Both the position numbers and the translations under genes were made by a program. Below the pieces are notes generated by a model, which was given only the letters and a program-made list of their open reading frames with translations, was not told the origin of the DNA and searched no databases. Below are positions 10,701 to 20,820 of a stretch of DNA of 64,000 nt, one piece after another. Each line of letters opens with the position of its first letter. Within the stretch, counting starts at the first letter, position 1. Source of the DNA: a virus; IMG/VR virus record IMGVR_UViG_3300025853_008930, positions 1-64,000 of that record; one strand, written 5' to 3'.

Positions 10701-13700
10701 TCTTCTTTGATAAGTAATATTAGAACCATAAGCACTATTCATACCTCTCATATCATAAGGCATTTTTCTATTTGAATCAGTTTTTCCTTCTTCTATTACA
10801 TTATTTAATCCTGAATTAACATTGGGTTTAAATTGATAAGAAGTAAAGTTAGAAACAAAAGGAGTTTTTCTAACACTAAAGAAACCTGCTGTGATTGTAG
10901 GCGGGTCGTTAAATGTAAATGTTTCATCGCCTAATCTCTTAGTATCGGAATTAAATGATTTATAAATAGACATACCGAATTCTTTATTCATATCGCTAGT
11001 TCCTAAATGCATATTAAATGGAACTGTCCTACTGCTATCATCTGCAAGAAAAGTATGATGAGGTATAGTTATCATTTTTCCTCCCCAAAGATGTGCAGAA
11101 TTAAGGGTGTTAATGTGATGTCTTTTTCTAACTGAAAAATAAATAATATCGCCTATATCAAAATTTAATGTATTTCCTGCGCTGGTTTCTGTTCTATCTA
11201 CTTGAACATAAAAAGTAGAAGTGTTAGTAGCAGGATTACCCGAACTTACGAAATCTGCTGCTCTATCGGTTTGAAATATATCCAACACATATCCAATAAA
11301 TCCTTTTGTTTCGCTTACTGAATTATCAAAACTTTCACAATATAGCGGGTCGCCAATATTTACACTATTAGACAAGGAAGTAGTGGTAAAAACTACCTCT
11401 CTAGCATTTTCATTAACTGTAACTACTGCGGCTTGGGTATAAGTTGTTTCCATCCTCTCAGCATCAATGCCTTCATATTTTATTTTTCTACCTAGAGTCA
11501 AAGGAATATAAGGGGCTAATTCTATTTCTGTTACATTGTCTTTCTTAGTAGTAGAAACAACTTCAAAGTCTATTAAAGTATCAACGGTATCAAAAGCACT
11601 TTCCCCATTAGTTGATATTTCATCCTTTAATTTGCATTGGAAAGGATTATCATTTGCGATACTAGATGGTTCATGTATTTGATACCCTACTGCGTTTTTG
11701 TCTGCTGAAGAATATTTACCATTAGTTAAATTAAAAGAACCGAAAGAAGAAGTATTGACTAAACTATCCCCTTCTGCCGCACTATTGCTTAGCCCTAAAT
11801 TCATATTACCCGCAGTAAATATAACTCCTTTTTCCGAAGAACCTGATAAAGAAGTTGGCGAGGTAGAGGCGATATGCGAAGAACCCAATGCTTTTGTGAA
11901 CATATAATTTTTTTCGCTTTGTTTGTATATTGTTTCCCCTGCGGCCACTCTAGTTATTGCTCTTGTTATTCCAACTTGAACCAAACTTCCACTATAAGTG
12001 CTAACAGAAGTAACCCTTCCAATATATCCATTAACAGAAAATAATAAATCACCCACTACAGGCATCGAAGAAAAACTAGATGAAGAAACGCCAAATTGAA
12101 TTAGATTGTCAAATACTTCTACTTCATTAGGAGCAGAAGAACCATTACCTGTATAAGTCGTTGTTAATTTATTATAAGGGCTAAATGATGAATAAATAAT
12201 ATCTTCACTAAATACGGTATCTTTATTCACTATAGGAGATAGAAGTTTATTCATCGAGTCTCTTCCTTTTATATCTAAAAAGGTTTGACCCTCCTCCTTT
12301 AGTTGATTAATCTCTTCTACCTCTCCATTGAATCTTAGTGAAAATACTCTATATTCCCCTTTAACAAATTTAAAACCGTTTGAAGAATAATAACTCTTAA
12401 ATCTATTATTTTCTGCATATCTGTAAAAATCAAGAGTTGATTTATCTATATCTTTTGCTTCAACATCTGCAAATATATTTTGAAGATTACCCGAAGTAAA
12501 AAGTATTTTTAGTTTTTCAAAATCCCCACTTAAATCCATAGTTGTGAATATTCTGCGATTTGTAAAGTCCATAGCCCTTCTTTGTAATGTGTTTCCTTCG
12601 GTGGGAGTAAAAGAGACAGAAGTAAAGTTTCTTTTTCCTGCCTCTCTTTTTTCTGCTCTTACTGTTATTGTCTGCGTGGTAGTATTATTAGTAAATGAAC
12701 CAAAACTAGAAACTAGCATAATAGTAGTTCCTAATCGAATTTCATCTCCGACTTCTAATACTGTGCTTAAATCATATTCAGTATCAAACTCAAATACATT
12801 TGTAGATGAAGTAGAAGAATAAGTTGCCTTTAAATCAACAAAGTCGTCTAAATTACCAATATGCACCAACTGTTTTGCCTTGTAGGGGGTATGTTCTTCT
12901 ATCTTCTTCCTCATAATTCTAGCATTATCTAGTATTCTAGTTTCCGAAAAACTACCCTGTTCTATTGAGTCTTCTGTTTCGTGTTGGGAAACCCCTGTAA
13001 CTATGTTGGCACTTTCGGGCGAAAGGCCGTAGTGTAAATATCTCATTTCTCCTCTATTATTTTTAATACTACTATTAGAATCATCTCTTCTACAATTTGG
13101 ATAGGCTAATCTATAGGTAGTATAATTAGTCGTTATAGTATTTCCTTCATCAGTCAATGTAGAGCCGGAAGAAGTAGAACCAAATCCATCTTCATCTAGG
13201 TTACGCAACACATCGGTTAGTTCTGTTTTTAGAGAAAATTTACTATAATCAATCACTTGCTTGCCAAAATCTTGAACAGTTCTAAATACTACTCCTGTTG
13301 TATTACTACTACCCATTGATATTGTTCCCGCACCTGTTCTAGAATTCATGGAAGCATAATATTTGAAATTGTGATTTAACTCATTTTTATTAGTAAGTTT
13401 GCCATGAGAAGTTGATGCGTAGTTAGTGGAATATCCTGCTAGGGGAATATCATTATAGAAATAAAAGTGAGGCCTAGCACAAACAATATTATTTTTTAGA
13501 TTATATGTAGTCTCCTGTTTTAATCCGACAGAAAGTGCTATTATTTTTCTTTTGAATGTGTTAGAGTCGTTATCTACTCCAGTTATAACTCTATATTTTG
13601 TTCCTTTTGGTATTTCACTTCCCATTTTAGGTTCAAATTCAAAAGCATCCCCAGTAGTGGTTCCATTACCATTATCTTCTGCTACTAGATTTGTTATTCT

Positions 13701-13997
13701 AGCAAAATGATGTTTAGCGGGGTCATCGGAATATAATAGAACAAAATAATCAGTAGTCCCGAAAGAAGATAGTGTTAATAAATTGCTTCCATCAGTGTCA
13801 TGTTTTATTCGGAATCCTTTGGTATTCGCTTGGTTAGAATCTTCACTACCTATTGTTAAATTAAAACTATTGCCATCATCTGCTAATATAACTACAGCCA
13901 TTAAATCCCCATCACTAACTGATGAGTCTGCAAACTTAGGATTAGTTGGGGATTCATCCCTATTGGCTTGTGTGGCCGGACTCACATCTATAGCCAT
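7728..13997 (-). CDS. Very large tail-tip/hub protein (2089 aa)
   Basis: Beta-rich; C-terminal hub-like region (FYNEVIVYG...AGDIIQF); downstream of tape measure. Confidence 0.6.
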   Translation of the reverse strand: MAIDVSPATQANRDESPTNPKFADSSVSDGDLMAVVILADDGNSFNLTIGSEDSNQANTKGFRIKHDTDGSNLLTLSSFGTTDYFVLLYSDDPAKHHFARITNLVAEDNGNGTTTGDAFEFEPKMGSEIPKGTKYRVITGVDNDSNTFKRKIIALSVGLKQETTYNLKNNIVCARPHFYFYNDIPLAGYSTNYASTSHGKLTNKNELNHNFKYYASMNSRTGAGTISMGSSNTTGVVFRTVQDFGKQVIDYSKFSLKTELTDVLRNLDEDGFGSTSSGSTLTDEGNTITTNYTTYRLAYPNCRRDDSNSSIKNNRGEMRYLHYGLSPESANIVTGVSQHETEDSIEQGSFSETRILDNARIMRKKIEEHTPYKAKQLVHIGNLDDFVDLKATYSSTSSTNVFEFDTEYDLSTVLEVGDEIRLGTTIMLVSSFGSFTNNTTTQTITVRAEKREAGKRNFTSVSFTPTEGNTLQRRAMDFTNRRIFTTMDLSGDFEKLKILFTSGNLQNIFADVEAKDIDKSTLDFYRYAENNRFKSYYSSNGFKFVKGEYRVFSLRFNGEVEEINQLKEEGQTFLDIKGRDSMNKLLSPIVNKDTVFSEDIIYSSFSPYNKLTTTYTGNGSSAPNEVEVFDNLIQFGVSSSSFSSMPVVGDLLFSVNGYIGRVTSVSTYSGSLVQVGITRAITRVAAGETIYKQSEKNYMFTKALGSSHIASTSPTSLSGSSEKGVIFTAGNMNLGLSNSAAEGDSLVNTSSFGSFNLTNGKYSSADKNAVGYQIHEPSSIANDNPFQCKLKDEISTNGESAFDTVDTLIDFEVVSTTKKDNVTEIELAPYIPLTLGRKIKYEGIDAERMETTYTQAAVVTVNENAREVVFTTTSLSNSVNIGDPLYCESFDNSVSETKGFIGYVLDIFQTDRAADFVSSGNPATNTSTFYVQVDRTETSAGNTLNFDIGDIIYFSVRKRHHINTLNSAHLWGGKMITIPHHTFLADDSSRTVPFNMHLGTSDMNKEFGMSIYKSFNSDTKRLGDETFTFNDPPTITAGFFSVRKTPFVSNFTSYQFKPNVNSGLNNVIEEGKTDSNRKMPYDMRGMNSAYGSNITYQRRMKRDSAILSAVPSSLRGLSPIYSMAFEYKDHSFPRLFFYMTCDILPYSDNRPSSIFSTLKTINDYKLFLLENTKKTGGTNLVLQDSNFQTLSFTTEVTLNNLKRFGLMRLTECVYDENFNLFNPEKSTDEIYSKNETDIANQFHTRISLTGNTITAINSPTANTITFQNSLTLSRGDEIFTSDGKFICRLHNSFGPEISGGTTGTVFKTVTGVLHSPDFSTTHSNPVRVITDFTSYIKGRHKTDSLIGNTVGSETKYHPLKGAIIPKSSNYDYGEFSGDWAYEFQGNSAISMPDDAEVVLPSIYKNKLFNNANFVAGTHNSALTIPTQEMIDTTKNNVFGGTIGVILDRYDIEDSFHKLEAGNCTGVLGTNTGGREIDGTSIGTQEIINVCSLKHFKEFLRVDDLNASPTVNDYGTADFRSPADGAFIGFKLRLFYNTGSAQIGGGVLHRSTGSQIYKTVITPHHPDKTAWLKYVDLTGCYLVEESGTASVSSVDSIIGTKVQPIYVYAQEVTNGSNDVELYTEVALTNGKAYRIMQPNPVCFYEESPDNIQLFVPRPEYTKKANSNEMYGKQKSHYFFNEGGKEHETTNEAVLSMYAMIDVHNQTASTNIITTLSSLVLPTGEHELFYSDGINSFKTNTSSKIVGENLHTLVIKDKKKLNGVVSVSETFIVNSLEELKITPNRACIGSTVTIANETESIINEIFEEEGIEFTNSTPTYPLFIAPEFRGVSAFTAINFLLKKKDLRLLETDGVFSVVPHSDSSLVTNILIDDDKLIEFQSTKTTFDFYNEVIVYGASHKGIKRNLNSIKKIGRKTLEEVDSSLITQQDVDEQASKLLNIHGNLNIKHKIKVIPTGVEQVKAGDIIQFESKQENIGLSNFLVLNVNHELFGFITLEIGRYSKRLEDVFSELLLKTQNNANKNRSQDYISKIPSLDILEKIKLKEISLLVRTRETTGDFHLGFAATLNTNTNTFGFAGGTLTITNLIQENLL

Positions 13998-15178
13998 TAG
14001 ACATCAACCTCTTCAAATCTAAAATAAAATAGGGTGTTTGCGTAGTTAGGAGTTAAATTGGTTATGCTAGAGAATTGAGGTCTAACTATGTCTAAGAATG
14101 ACATTTCATGCATTTCTCCCATAAATTGCTGATTAGTAGAAGAACTATCAGAACCAGTAGCCCCACCACTTACTCCCGCATGAGAACCTTGACCATTAGC
14201 ACCAATATACATATTTTCTCTAGAAAACTCAAAGGTTTCAGTATTAGAACTAGTATCTGTAAAAACTAAATTACCATCTATAAAAATACTAACTCTTTTA
14301 TCAGTATCGTCATAGGTGCAAGCCACATGGTAAAGATTACTCACATATGCACAATCTCTTTCTCCCTCAATAAACACTTCACATCCTGCATCTACTATTG
14401 ATTCATGAGTAGCATAATCTCCGCTATTCGTTGCTAATACTATATTACTAGTAGTGTGGCTATTTATAGTTCCCATTCTTAAATAAGTATCTCCATTTTT
14501 AATGTAAATATCCTGTATATCTCCATTCATCATTCTGCTATGCGTTACAAAAGTCCCTGCTATTGTTGTTCCGGTCAAAGATGTAGCATCACCGACTTTT
14601 ATGAAAGCACTTCTTCCAGTATTGTCTAATCCATCTAAATCATCACTAGAAGAATATTTAACATATTTATCAACAGATGATTGAATGACTACAGGGCTAG
14701 TAAAAGTTTCAATAGCATTTGTTCCTAATTTTAATTTTACAACTATTTTATATTTAGAAGGGTTGTTAAAATTATGAAGAGTATCATTCACTAAGAATAC
14801 TTGAAAATTAGAACTATAAAATATAGCCATTTCGTGATTTAATCTGTTAGCCCTAGATAAATAATTTTCACCTTCTTTTTGGCTACTTCCTACAAAACCA
14901 AGCGGAGGTGCGGGAAAAATTTGCTTAGCAGTAGTTACATTCAAATGAGTTTGATTGTTAGTGTATGTGCCATAACCATTTACATCATATGGAGTGACTA
15001 TAGACTCAAATGTAAATGAGCCTGTATGCGCCCAAATCCCATAGGGAATATCATCACTAGTATCTGCTGATGTCGTAGCATCGGGAACATTCTTTGCATA
15101 ATCAATTGTCAAAAAACCATTACACATTATAGGAAACACCAAACTTTTTTGTTTTCCTGCAAATATACTGTATGACAT
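13997..15178 (-). CDS. Tail protein with LamG/concanavalin-like domain
   Basis: YHVACTYD, IFIDG, YIGAN and FMGEMHE motifs. Confidence 0.65.
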   Translation of the reverse strand: MSYSIFAGKQKSLVFPIMCNGFLTIDYAKNVPDATTSADTSDDIPYGIWAHTGSFTFESIVTPYDVNGYGTYTNNQTHLNVTTAKQIFPAPPLGFVGSSQKEGENYLSRANRLNHEMAIFYSSNFQVFLVNDTLHNFNNPSKYKIVVKLKLGTNAIETFTSPVVIQSSVDKYVKYSSSDDLDGLDNTGRSAFIKVGDATSLTGTTIAGTFVTHSRMMNGDIQDIYIKNGDTYLRMGTINSHTTSNIVLATNSGDYATHESIVDAGCEVFIEGERDCAYVSNLYHVACTYDDTDKRVSIFIDGNLVFTDTSSNTETFEFSRENMYIGANGQGSHAGVSGGATGSDSSSTNQQFMGEMHEMSFLDIVRPQFSSITNLTPNYANTLFYFRFEEVDV

Positions 15179-15187
15179 TTATTCACC

Positions 15188-15844
15188 TCAAGGCAATACT
15201 GTGGCTATTGTGAATTCCATATTGAAAGTAATTTCTGTTGTTTCTGCATTCAAATCATAACTAAATGACGAAACGAATCCTTTAACTCCGTTTGTTGAAC
15301 CCGCACTAGGAAAAGAAGTGGGTATGGCAATATTAGTGTTGTCTTTACTAAACGCATCGCCTCTAGCCGCAAATGAAAAGGGTATTGATTCTGTTAGACT
15401 TCCTATTGTCGCTGATGGATTTGCCGCTTGCGCCCTATCTTCATAGTTTTCATTTACTTTAGAATCCATATAAATTACTAATTCGTTAAATGCTTGGTAT
15501 CTAGTTAATCCTGTAGCATCCACACCGGAAGCAATCAACTGTGCTATTTCTTGAGCAGTAAATTCTAATGCTATGGGTGTAGCAGGATTACCTGTTTCTG
15601 TGTGGCTTCGCTTAATTGCTGTATCTACTATGAATCCGGCCAATGTTAATCTTTTTGAAGACATACCCAAATCCAATGCTATATTTTCCGACTCACCTGT
15701 GGCTAATCCGGCAAAAGGAATACTAATATTAGGAACTGTCTTATCTACGGAAATACTGACACTTTGCACCTTTAGAGGTATCGTGTCTATTTCTAAATCA
15801 GTTCCGCTAAATTTTTGTAGTTTCAAATAAACATAGTCCGTCAA
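15188..15844 (-). CDS. Distal-tail-like protein
   Basis: Immediately downstream of tape measure; beta-rich. Confidence 0.45.
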   Translation of the reverse strand: MTDYVYLKLQKFSGTDLEIDTIPLKVQSVSISVDKTVPNISIPFAGLATGESENIALDLGMSSKRLTLAGFIVDTAIKRSHTETGNPATPIALEFTAQEIAQLIASGVDATGLTRYQAFNELVIYMDSKVNENYEDRAQAANPSATIGSLTESIPFSFAARGDAFSKDNTNIAIPTSFPSAGSTNGVKGFVSSFSYDLNAETTEITFNMEFTIATVLP

Positions 15845-15853
15845 TTAATCACC

Positions 15854-17524
15854 TCACACCGAAGACCTATGGGATGTTCTTCTATTTATTTTAGAAGATA
15901 CCATTCTACCTATTTCATCTGCTATTCTTCTCATTTCTGCTTTAGAAGTATCTTTAGCGTTAATAGTTATATTAAAATTATTAACGACTCCCGAACCTCC
16001 TGCCATTCTCTTTGAATTACTATTAGAGTGAACCCTAGAACCTCTTGGTAATGAAACTAATTCCGGCCCCTTTTCTCCAACAATTGTCATATCATTGTTT
16101 ACCAGTCCACCCGTTGCATTGAAACTAAAAGCATCTTTAATTTTCCCTACGAGCCACTTGCCTATCTTGTATAGAACTACAAAGGCTAATGCCGCTAACC
16201 ATATAGGCGCACCATAAATAAATGCTATTATACCCGCAACAACACCTAGTATTGCAGGTAACGCCTTGAAAAATCCATCCCAACTAGTGAAGGTTTCTGT
16301 AAGGAATGCTATTGTTTTGGAAACTGCTAATCCGATAAATTTAACCACGAATCCTCCTAAAGTAACAAGCAACACTCCCGCTACAGATAAAGCAAGGCTT
16401 AGTAGTCCTTTAGCAATATCAATAACACCGTCAATAACATCTCCTAAATTACCATCACCAAAGAAGGCATTAAATATACTTGAGATTCCCTCCCAAACCA
16501 TTCCTAAAGATGCTACAACAAACCCTATCGCTACTTCTATTGCGGGTTTTATTTCTCTTAAAGTCTCAATAGCAGTTTTTCCAACCGTCTTCCATAAAAC
16601 ATATGCTATCATTAAGAATATGCCCGCATATAGCATCATTTTACCAAAGAACATAAGTGCTTGTCCTAAAAATTTAGGTGCGGCTTTTAATCCTTTCATA
16701 AATTTATTTGTAAACTTACCCATTTTACTCATTTCAATAGACTTATCTCTTGCTTCTTCTAATAGTTTAATTTGTTCTTCTGCCGCTTCTCTTATTTTAG
16801 TAAATTCATCTTCGGTAATTTTTCCTTTCGCCATTTGACGACCTGCATCTCTAACTCTTTTCTTTTCTTCTCCTATTGCTACACCGAACCCTTTACTTAC
16901 ATTACCTATTCTTTTAGTTTCTTCAAAGCCCGATTTTATTTTGCCAAATATATTAAAATCGCCTTTTTTCATTTTCATTATTTTAGGAAAAGACAACAAA
17001 CCTCTAACCATCTTTTTAAAGATATTATCTATGTTTTCTCCTTCTGCGGAGGTTTTTCTAAATATACCTCCTAAAAATCTAAACGAAGTAGAGATTTTAT
17101 TTACTAACCTAAACATACCGGGTGGTAAGAAACCATACATCACTTTTCTTGCCAATGCCGCTTCTACGCCAAATATCTTTACTCTTTGATTAGCACTAGA
17201 TAAAGCCAAGTCAAAGAAATCGAAGGCATTACCTCCTGCATCTCTAAAGGCATCAAATGATTTCTTAGAAATAACTTCAAACTTCTTTATCTCTTGTCCA
17301 CCTTCTCCTAGTAGTTTAAATGCTTCTTTGAGAACTTCCTCTCTTGTAACTAACTCTTTATTCAAGGCTTCTTCTGCTTTTGCGGCTTTTTTAGTTTGTT
17401 CAGTAAATGTTTTTTGTTGCCGATTAAATCCTTCTAATCCGTCAGCAACTTTATTTAATGTTTTTCGCATAGCCTCCAACATATCGTTGTTTTTTTGTAA
17501 TGTTGCAGTATATGACACTATCAC
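15854..17524 (-). CDS. Tape measure protein
   Basis: Helical with hydrophobic segments; ATGG...VGEKGPELV motif; follows the chaperone genes. Confidence 0.75.
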   Translation of the reverse strand: MIVSYTATLQKNNDMLEAMRKTLNKVADGLEGFNRQQKTFTEQTKKAAKAEEALNKELVTREEVLKEAFKLLGEGGQEIKKFEVISKKSFDAFRDAGGNAFDFFDLALSSANQRVKIFGVEAALARKVMYGFLPPGMFRLVNKISTSFRFLGGIFRKTSAEGENIDNIFKKMVRGLLSFPKIMKMKKGDFNIFGKIKSGFEETKRIGNVSKGFGVAIGEEKKRVRDAGRQMAKGKITEDEFTKIREAAEEQIKLLEEARDKSIEMSKMGKFTNKFMKGLKAAPKFLGQALMFFGKMMLYAGIFLMIAYVLWKTVGKTAIETLREIKPAIEVAIGFVVASLGMVWEGISSIFNAFFGDGNLGDVIDGVIDIAKGLLSLALSVAGVLLVTLGGFVVKFIGLAVSKTIAFLTETFTSWDGFFKALPAILGVVAGIIAFIYGAPIWLAALAFVVLYKIGKWLVGKIKDAFSFNATGGLVNNDMTIVGEKGPELVSLPRGSRVHSNSNSKRMAGGSGVVNNFNITINAKDTSKAEMRRIADEIGRMVSSKINRRTSHRSSV

Positions 17525-17525
17525 A

Positions 17526-17765
17526 TCACCTGAACCTGTTTACTCCACTCTTTGCTTGCCTATCTAGTTTATCCATCTCTTCTTGTTCTAATTCCAACAT
17601 TACTCTATGAACACTTAATAAATCTATTACTAAACTTGCGGGCATTTTGTATATTTCTAGCGGGCTTATCGCTAAAGCCTTTGATAACGAATAAACAATC
17701 ACTAAGGAAATATCTTGAGGGTCGCCTTGCTTACCTCTTAATATTCCCTTTATTCTTCGTTTTTT
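17526..17765 (-). CDS. -1 frameshift extension of the tail assembly chaperone (gpGT-like)
   Basis: Slippery A-AAA-AAC at 17765-17759; the -1 frame is open for about 79 codons to TGA at 17526. Confidence 0.7.
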   Translation of the reverse strand, partial: KKRRIKGILRGKQGDPQDISLVIVYSLSKALAISPLEIYKMPASLVIDLLSVHRVMLELEQEEMDKLDRQAKSGVNRFR

Positions 17766-18115
17766 TCTTCATCCCCCTCAAAAGCCGTAAATGGATTAGG
17801 GAGGATTTCCTTAATTTGATTTCCAATATAAGGAGTTAATCTAAGAATATCAATTGCAGAAAGTTTTGGTTCTGTTTTAACTACAAAATTTTCTACCATA
17901 AATCTAAACATGGCATTTAAATCTAATTCCATGTCTTGCCTTCTAGTATCTATTTTCATCATACTATTCATGGCTTTGTCTACCTCAAGCCAAGTGGGTT
18001 CTTTTACCCATACCTTGAGATATTCTTCACTTTCGGGTGCTACTTTAATATAATGTAGCGTAGGCTCGGTTAGTGCAAATAGCACACTCTTATCACTTAC
18101 AATTTTCTTTTCCAT
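17750..18115 (-). CDS. Tail assembly chaperone (gpG-like)
   Basis: Lies between tail tube and tape measure; ends in a slippery site. Confidence 0.7.
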   Translation of the reverse strand: MEKKIVSDKSVLFALTEPTLHYIKVAPESEEYLKVWVKEPTWLEVDKAMNSMMKIDTRRQDMELDLNAMFRFMVENFVVKTEPKLSAIDILRLTPYIGNQIKEILPNPFTAFEGDEEKNEE

Positions 18116-18164
18116 GTTATCCACCTTTTATACCAACAAACAAACAAACGGTGTTGGTGGAATA

Positions 18165-18266
18165 TTACTTTTTATTGCTCTTTTTTGGGCGACCTCTTTT
18201 TTTGGGTTTGCTCTTTTCAAGAGCCTTCTTTATTTTCTCTTGGTTCTTTTCATATGCTGATGGCAA
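18165..18266 (-). CDS. 33-aa basic peptide with AT-hook
   Basis: TTG start after GGGGTGA; ...KPKKRGRPKKSNKK. Confidence 0.4.
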   Translation of the reverse strand: MPSAYEKNQEKIKKALEKSKPKKRGRPKKSNKK

Positions 18267-18271
18267 ACAAA

Positions 18272-20281
18272 TCACCCCTGTAATAGCCAATGAGTAGTTA
18301 CTTCACAAAGCGAGCAAGTTCTAGGCATGACAGTTGCTTCTACAACAATTGGCCCCTTATCTTCGGCTATTGGGAAATTATTAGCAGTTAAGAAGTAGTT
18401 TTGGAAGTTTAGTTTTATGTTTTCTCCGGTTGATTTAGTAAATACTAATTCAATTGTGCTATTATTACCATTAGCAACAGAATTTTCTGTATTGTTTATT
18501 AATTCATTATACAGTAAATCATCAGTAACATGACCAGTAAAAGATATTTCATATGTTCTTTGTGCAGGGATGGCTTCTTGTATAGTCTTACTACCGACTC
18601 CCAAGAATCTTCTATCTTGTAGATTGTTATTCATGGTTAGAGTAAGGGTATTTATTTTTAAGAAACTCTCACCAAAGCACTTGAACACTCCATCGGAAAA
18701 GAAAAATGGTTCTCTTAGTTCCGGTATTGAAGCATAATTCAAGAATGAAGTTTCATCAGTAATGCCTCTTCTAGCATCATAACTTTCTGTTTTTTCTAAT
18801 GTGTGAACATTTCTAGTGTTTGCATTGACAGTCATTTTAACTTCTTCATTTTCATTAGCAGTTATTGTTAGAGTATTAACTCTACAGCCTCTAGCAATCT
18901 TAACGAAGTTGGTGTCTTCATTATCGTTATCAGTATTTGTTCTAAAGGTGTTAGAAGAAGGTAACTTGCTTAATACCTGTTCTAAAGCAAATGAAGGTAG
19001 TAAATCTCCATCTTGTTCTGCAAAGGTATATTCAATGGCATTTTGTAACTTGCCTCCATTCAAAGAAAAAGCACCCAATGGGTCTAAGTCTCCAAATGTT
19101 TCTGTTGCAGGATTTACCGGAGGAGTCATAACTGTTCCTACGCTTCTGTGAATAATTGGCCCTGTTTCGGTTACTGAATTATAATCAATGTAAAGTTTGT
19201 TAGAAGCACCTACGAAGGCTGTTGGGGCTGAACCACTAGGCGCACTTTCGCTAAGGCTATTATCAGCACCTATGTTTCCAATATCTACATCTGTGCATTT
19301 TCCTAAGAAATAATACAACCATGTTCCGTGATTTGCTACTAAATTAATATCAGCCGCACCTGCTGTTTCTATTCCTTTGTATTGATAAGTAAAGTTTCTA
19401 GTGCTTCCTAGTGAAAGATTAGTTTGTTTCATTTCGATTTCTGTTGTTGGGAAAGTAAGTGATTCTACAATTCCTAGCCATGTATCTGCTAGTAGTCTTT
19501 TACCAGTAGCGGTTGAAGTAGTTGTTCCTACGGTCATTGATGTAATTGAAAGTCCTGTATCTGTTGTGGCTGAACCTCCTAATCCTGTAATTGTTGTAGC
19601 AATTCCGTTTGCCCCTCCGTGGTCATTAGTAACAGTAACAACAGCCCCGTTTCTAGTGACTGTTAAATCATCTAAAGTATCTACAGCAATAGCAAAAATA
19701 GCGGCATATTCTTCTCTTGTATTGTCCGACGAAGAATGTATTTGTGCTTCTGCAACAACACCGGAACCAGTATGTTGAGTATATGTTGCGCTATTATCAT
19801 GGTCAATAAAAGCGGCTCTTTCTGTAGCACTACCGCCATCAGCCGCCAATGTTCTAAATACAACAGCAGTATCGTCATAATCTGCTTTAACATCCGAATT
19901 AAAAGTTATAACAGTTACAGCCGCAGTATGTGTTGTTCCCGAAGCCGCTTTTTCAGCAGGACATGGTGCGCCATATGATTCTAAAACAAAGTAGTCATTG
20001 CTTGCTAGTGTTGCTACTGCGGGAGAAAAGGAGATAGTAGTATCTGTATTAGCGGTAACTCTATGCATTCCTTGAAAAACATTAGAAACATTATACCTCT
20101 TAAGAATACACCCAACATATAGATTATTTACTAAAGCAAAATTTCCGGTTATATCACCGTGTAAGGTAAAGGTTGTTTTATTTGACCCTGCGCTTCCAGT
20201 TGTTATTTTACAATAAAAGTCCAATTCCGGCACTTTTGTTATGCTTGCTCCACTTCCTAAAAATATATCTTGTGCTACCAT
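18272..20281 (-). CDS. Major tail (tube) protein with extra N-terminal domains
   Basis: Tube-like C-terminal half (LPSFALEQ, GCRVNTLTI, RTYEISFTG); position before the chaperone and tape measure genes. Confidence 0.7.
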   Translation of the reverse strand: MVAQDIFLGSGASITKVPELDFYCKITTGSAGSNKTTFTLHGDITGNFALVNNLYVGCILKRYNVSNVFQGMHRVTANTDTTISFSPAVATLASNDYFVLESYGAPCPAEKAASGTTHTAAVTVITFNSDVKADYDDTAVVFRTLAADGGSATERAAFIDHDNSATYTQHTGSGVVAEAQIHSSSDNTREEYAAIFAIAVDTLDDLTVTRNGAVVTVTNDHGGANGIATTITGLGGSATTDTGLSITSMTVGTTTSTATGKRLLADTWLGIVESLTFPTTEIEMKQTNLSLGSTRNFTYQYKGIETAGAADINLVANHGTWLYYFLGKCTDVDIGNIGADNSLSESAPSGSAPTAFVGASNKLYIDYNSVTETGPIIHRSVGTVMTPPVNPATETFGDLDPLGAFSLNGGKLQNAIEYTFAEQDGDLLPSFALEQVLSKLPSSNTFRTNTDNDNEDTNFVKIARGCRVNTLTITANENEEVKMTVNANTRNVHTLEKTESYDARRGITDETSFLNYASIPELREPFFFSDGVFKCFGESFLKINTLTLTMNNNLQDRRFLGVGSKTIQEAIPAQRTYEISFTGHVTDDLLYNELINNTENSVANGNNSTIELVFTKSTGENIKLNFQNYFLTANNFPIAEDKGPIVVEATVMPRTCSLCEVTTHWLLQG

Positions 20282-20310
20282 TTTATTCTCCCCCTTTCCT
20301 AACTAACATA

Positions 20311-20820
20311 CTAGGGAATGCTTAATGCGAATCGTTTTGCCTCTACTGTCAATTTATATCCGAATAACCTCTTTGACCTGTCGTTACTTTCGCTTCTTGA
20401 ACCAACAAATATTTGATTAAACCTAGAACCATCATTTGCGGTGTAACCTTTACGACCTCGCTCAAGCGTATGACGGGCTATCAAGTATAAAGCCTTTAGC
20501 CTATCTTTGCCAAAGTTAGCATCCGTTCCTGCTCTTTCATCATGAATGGTTCTTATGTGCATTGTAAAAGAATAAGTTTCATTTCTTACATCATAATGTA
20601 TTGTTGGGTATTCTAAACTTTGCGAATCTTCAAAGAATATAATTACATCTTTAGCAGTTAAGTCATATCTAACTCCTCTATTTTTATCTAATGTTCTAAC
20701 ATCAACAAAGTTAGGAGTTCCTGCATGGTCAGCAGTTATCTTCCCTTCGCTAATTAAAGTAGTAACAGAAGAACTCCAATTAGAAGAAACTAAATCTATA
20801 AGTAAACTTACTTCATCCAT
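20311..20820 (-). CDS. Tail terminator/completion-like protein
   Basis: Size and position just upstream of the tail tube gene. Confidence 0.45.
   Translation of the reverse strand: MDEVSLLIDLVSSNWSSSVTTLISEGKITADHAGTPNFVDVRTLDKNRGVRYDLTAKDVIIFFEDSQSLEYPTIHYDVRNETYSFTMHIRTIHDERAGTDANFGKDRLKALYLIARHTLERGRKGYTANDGSRFNQIFVGSRSESNDRSKRLFGYKLTVEAKRFALSIP

Noticed and set aside
17552-17839. 95-aa + strand ORF as the gene between chaperone and tape measure
   Set aside because: The region is better explained by the minus-strand -1 frameshift extension.
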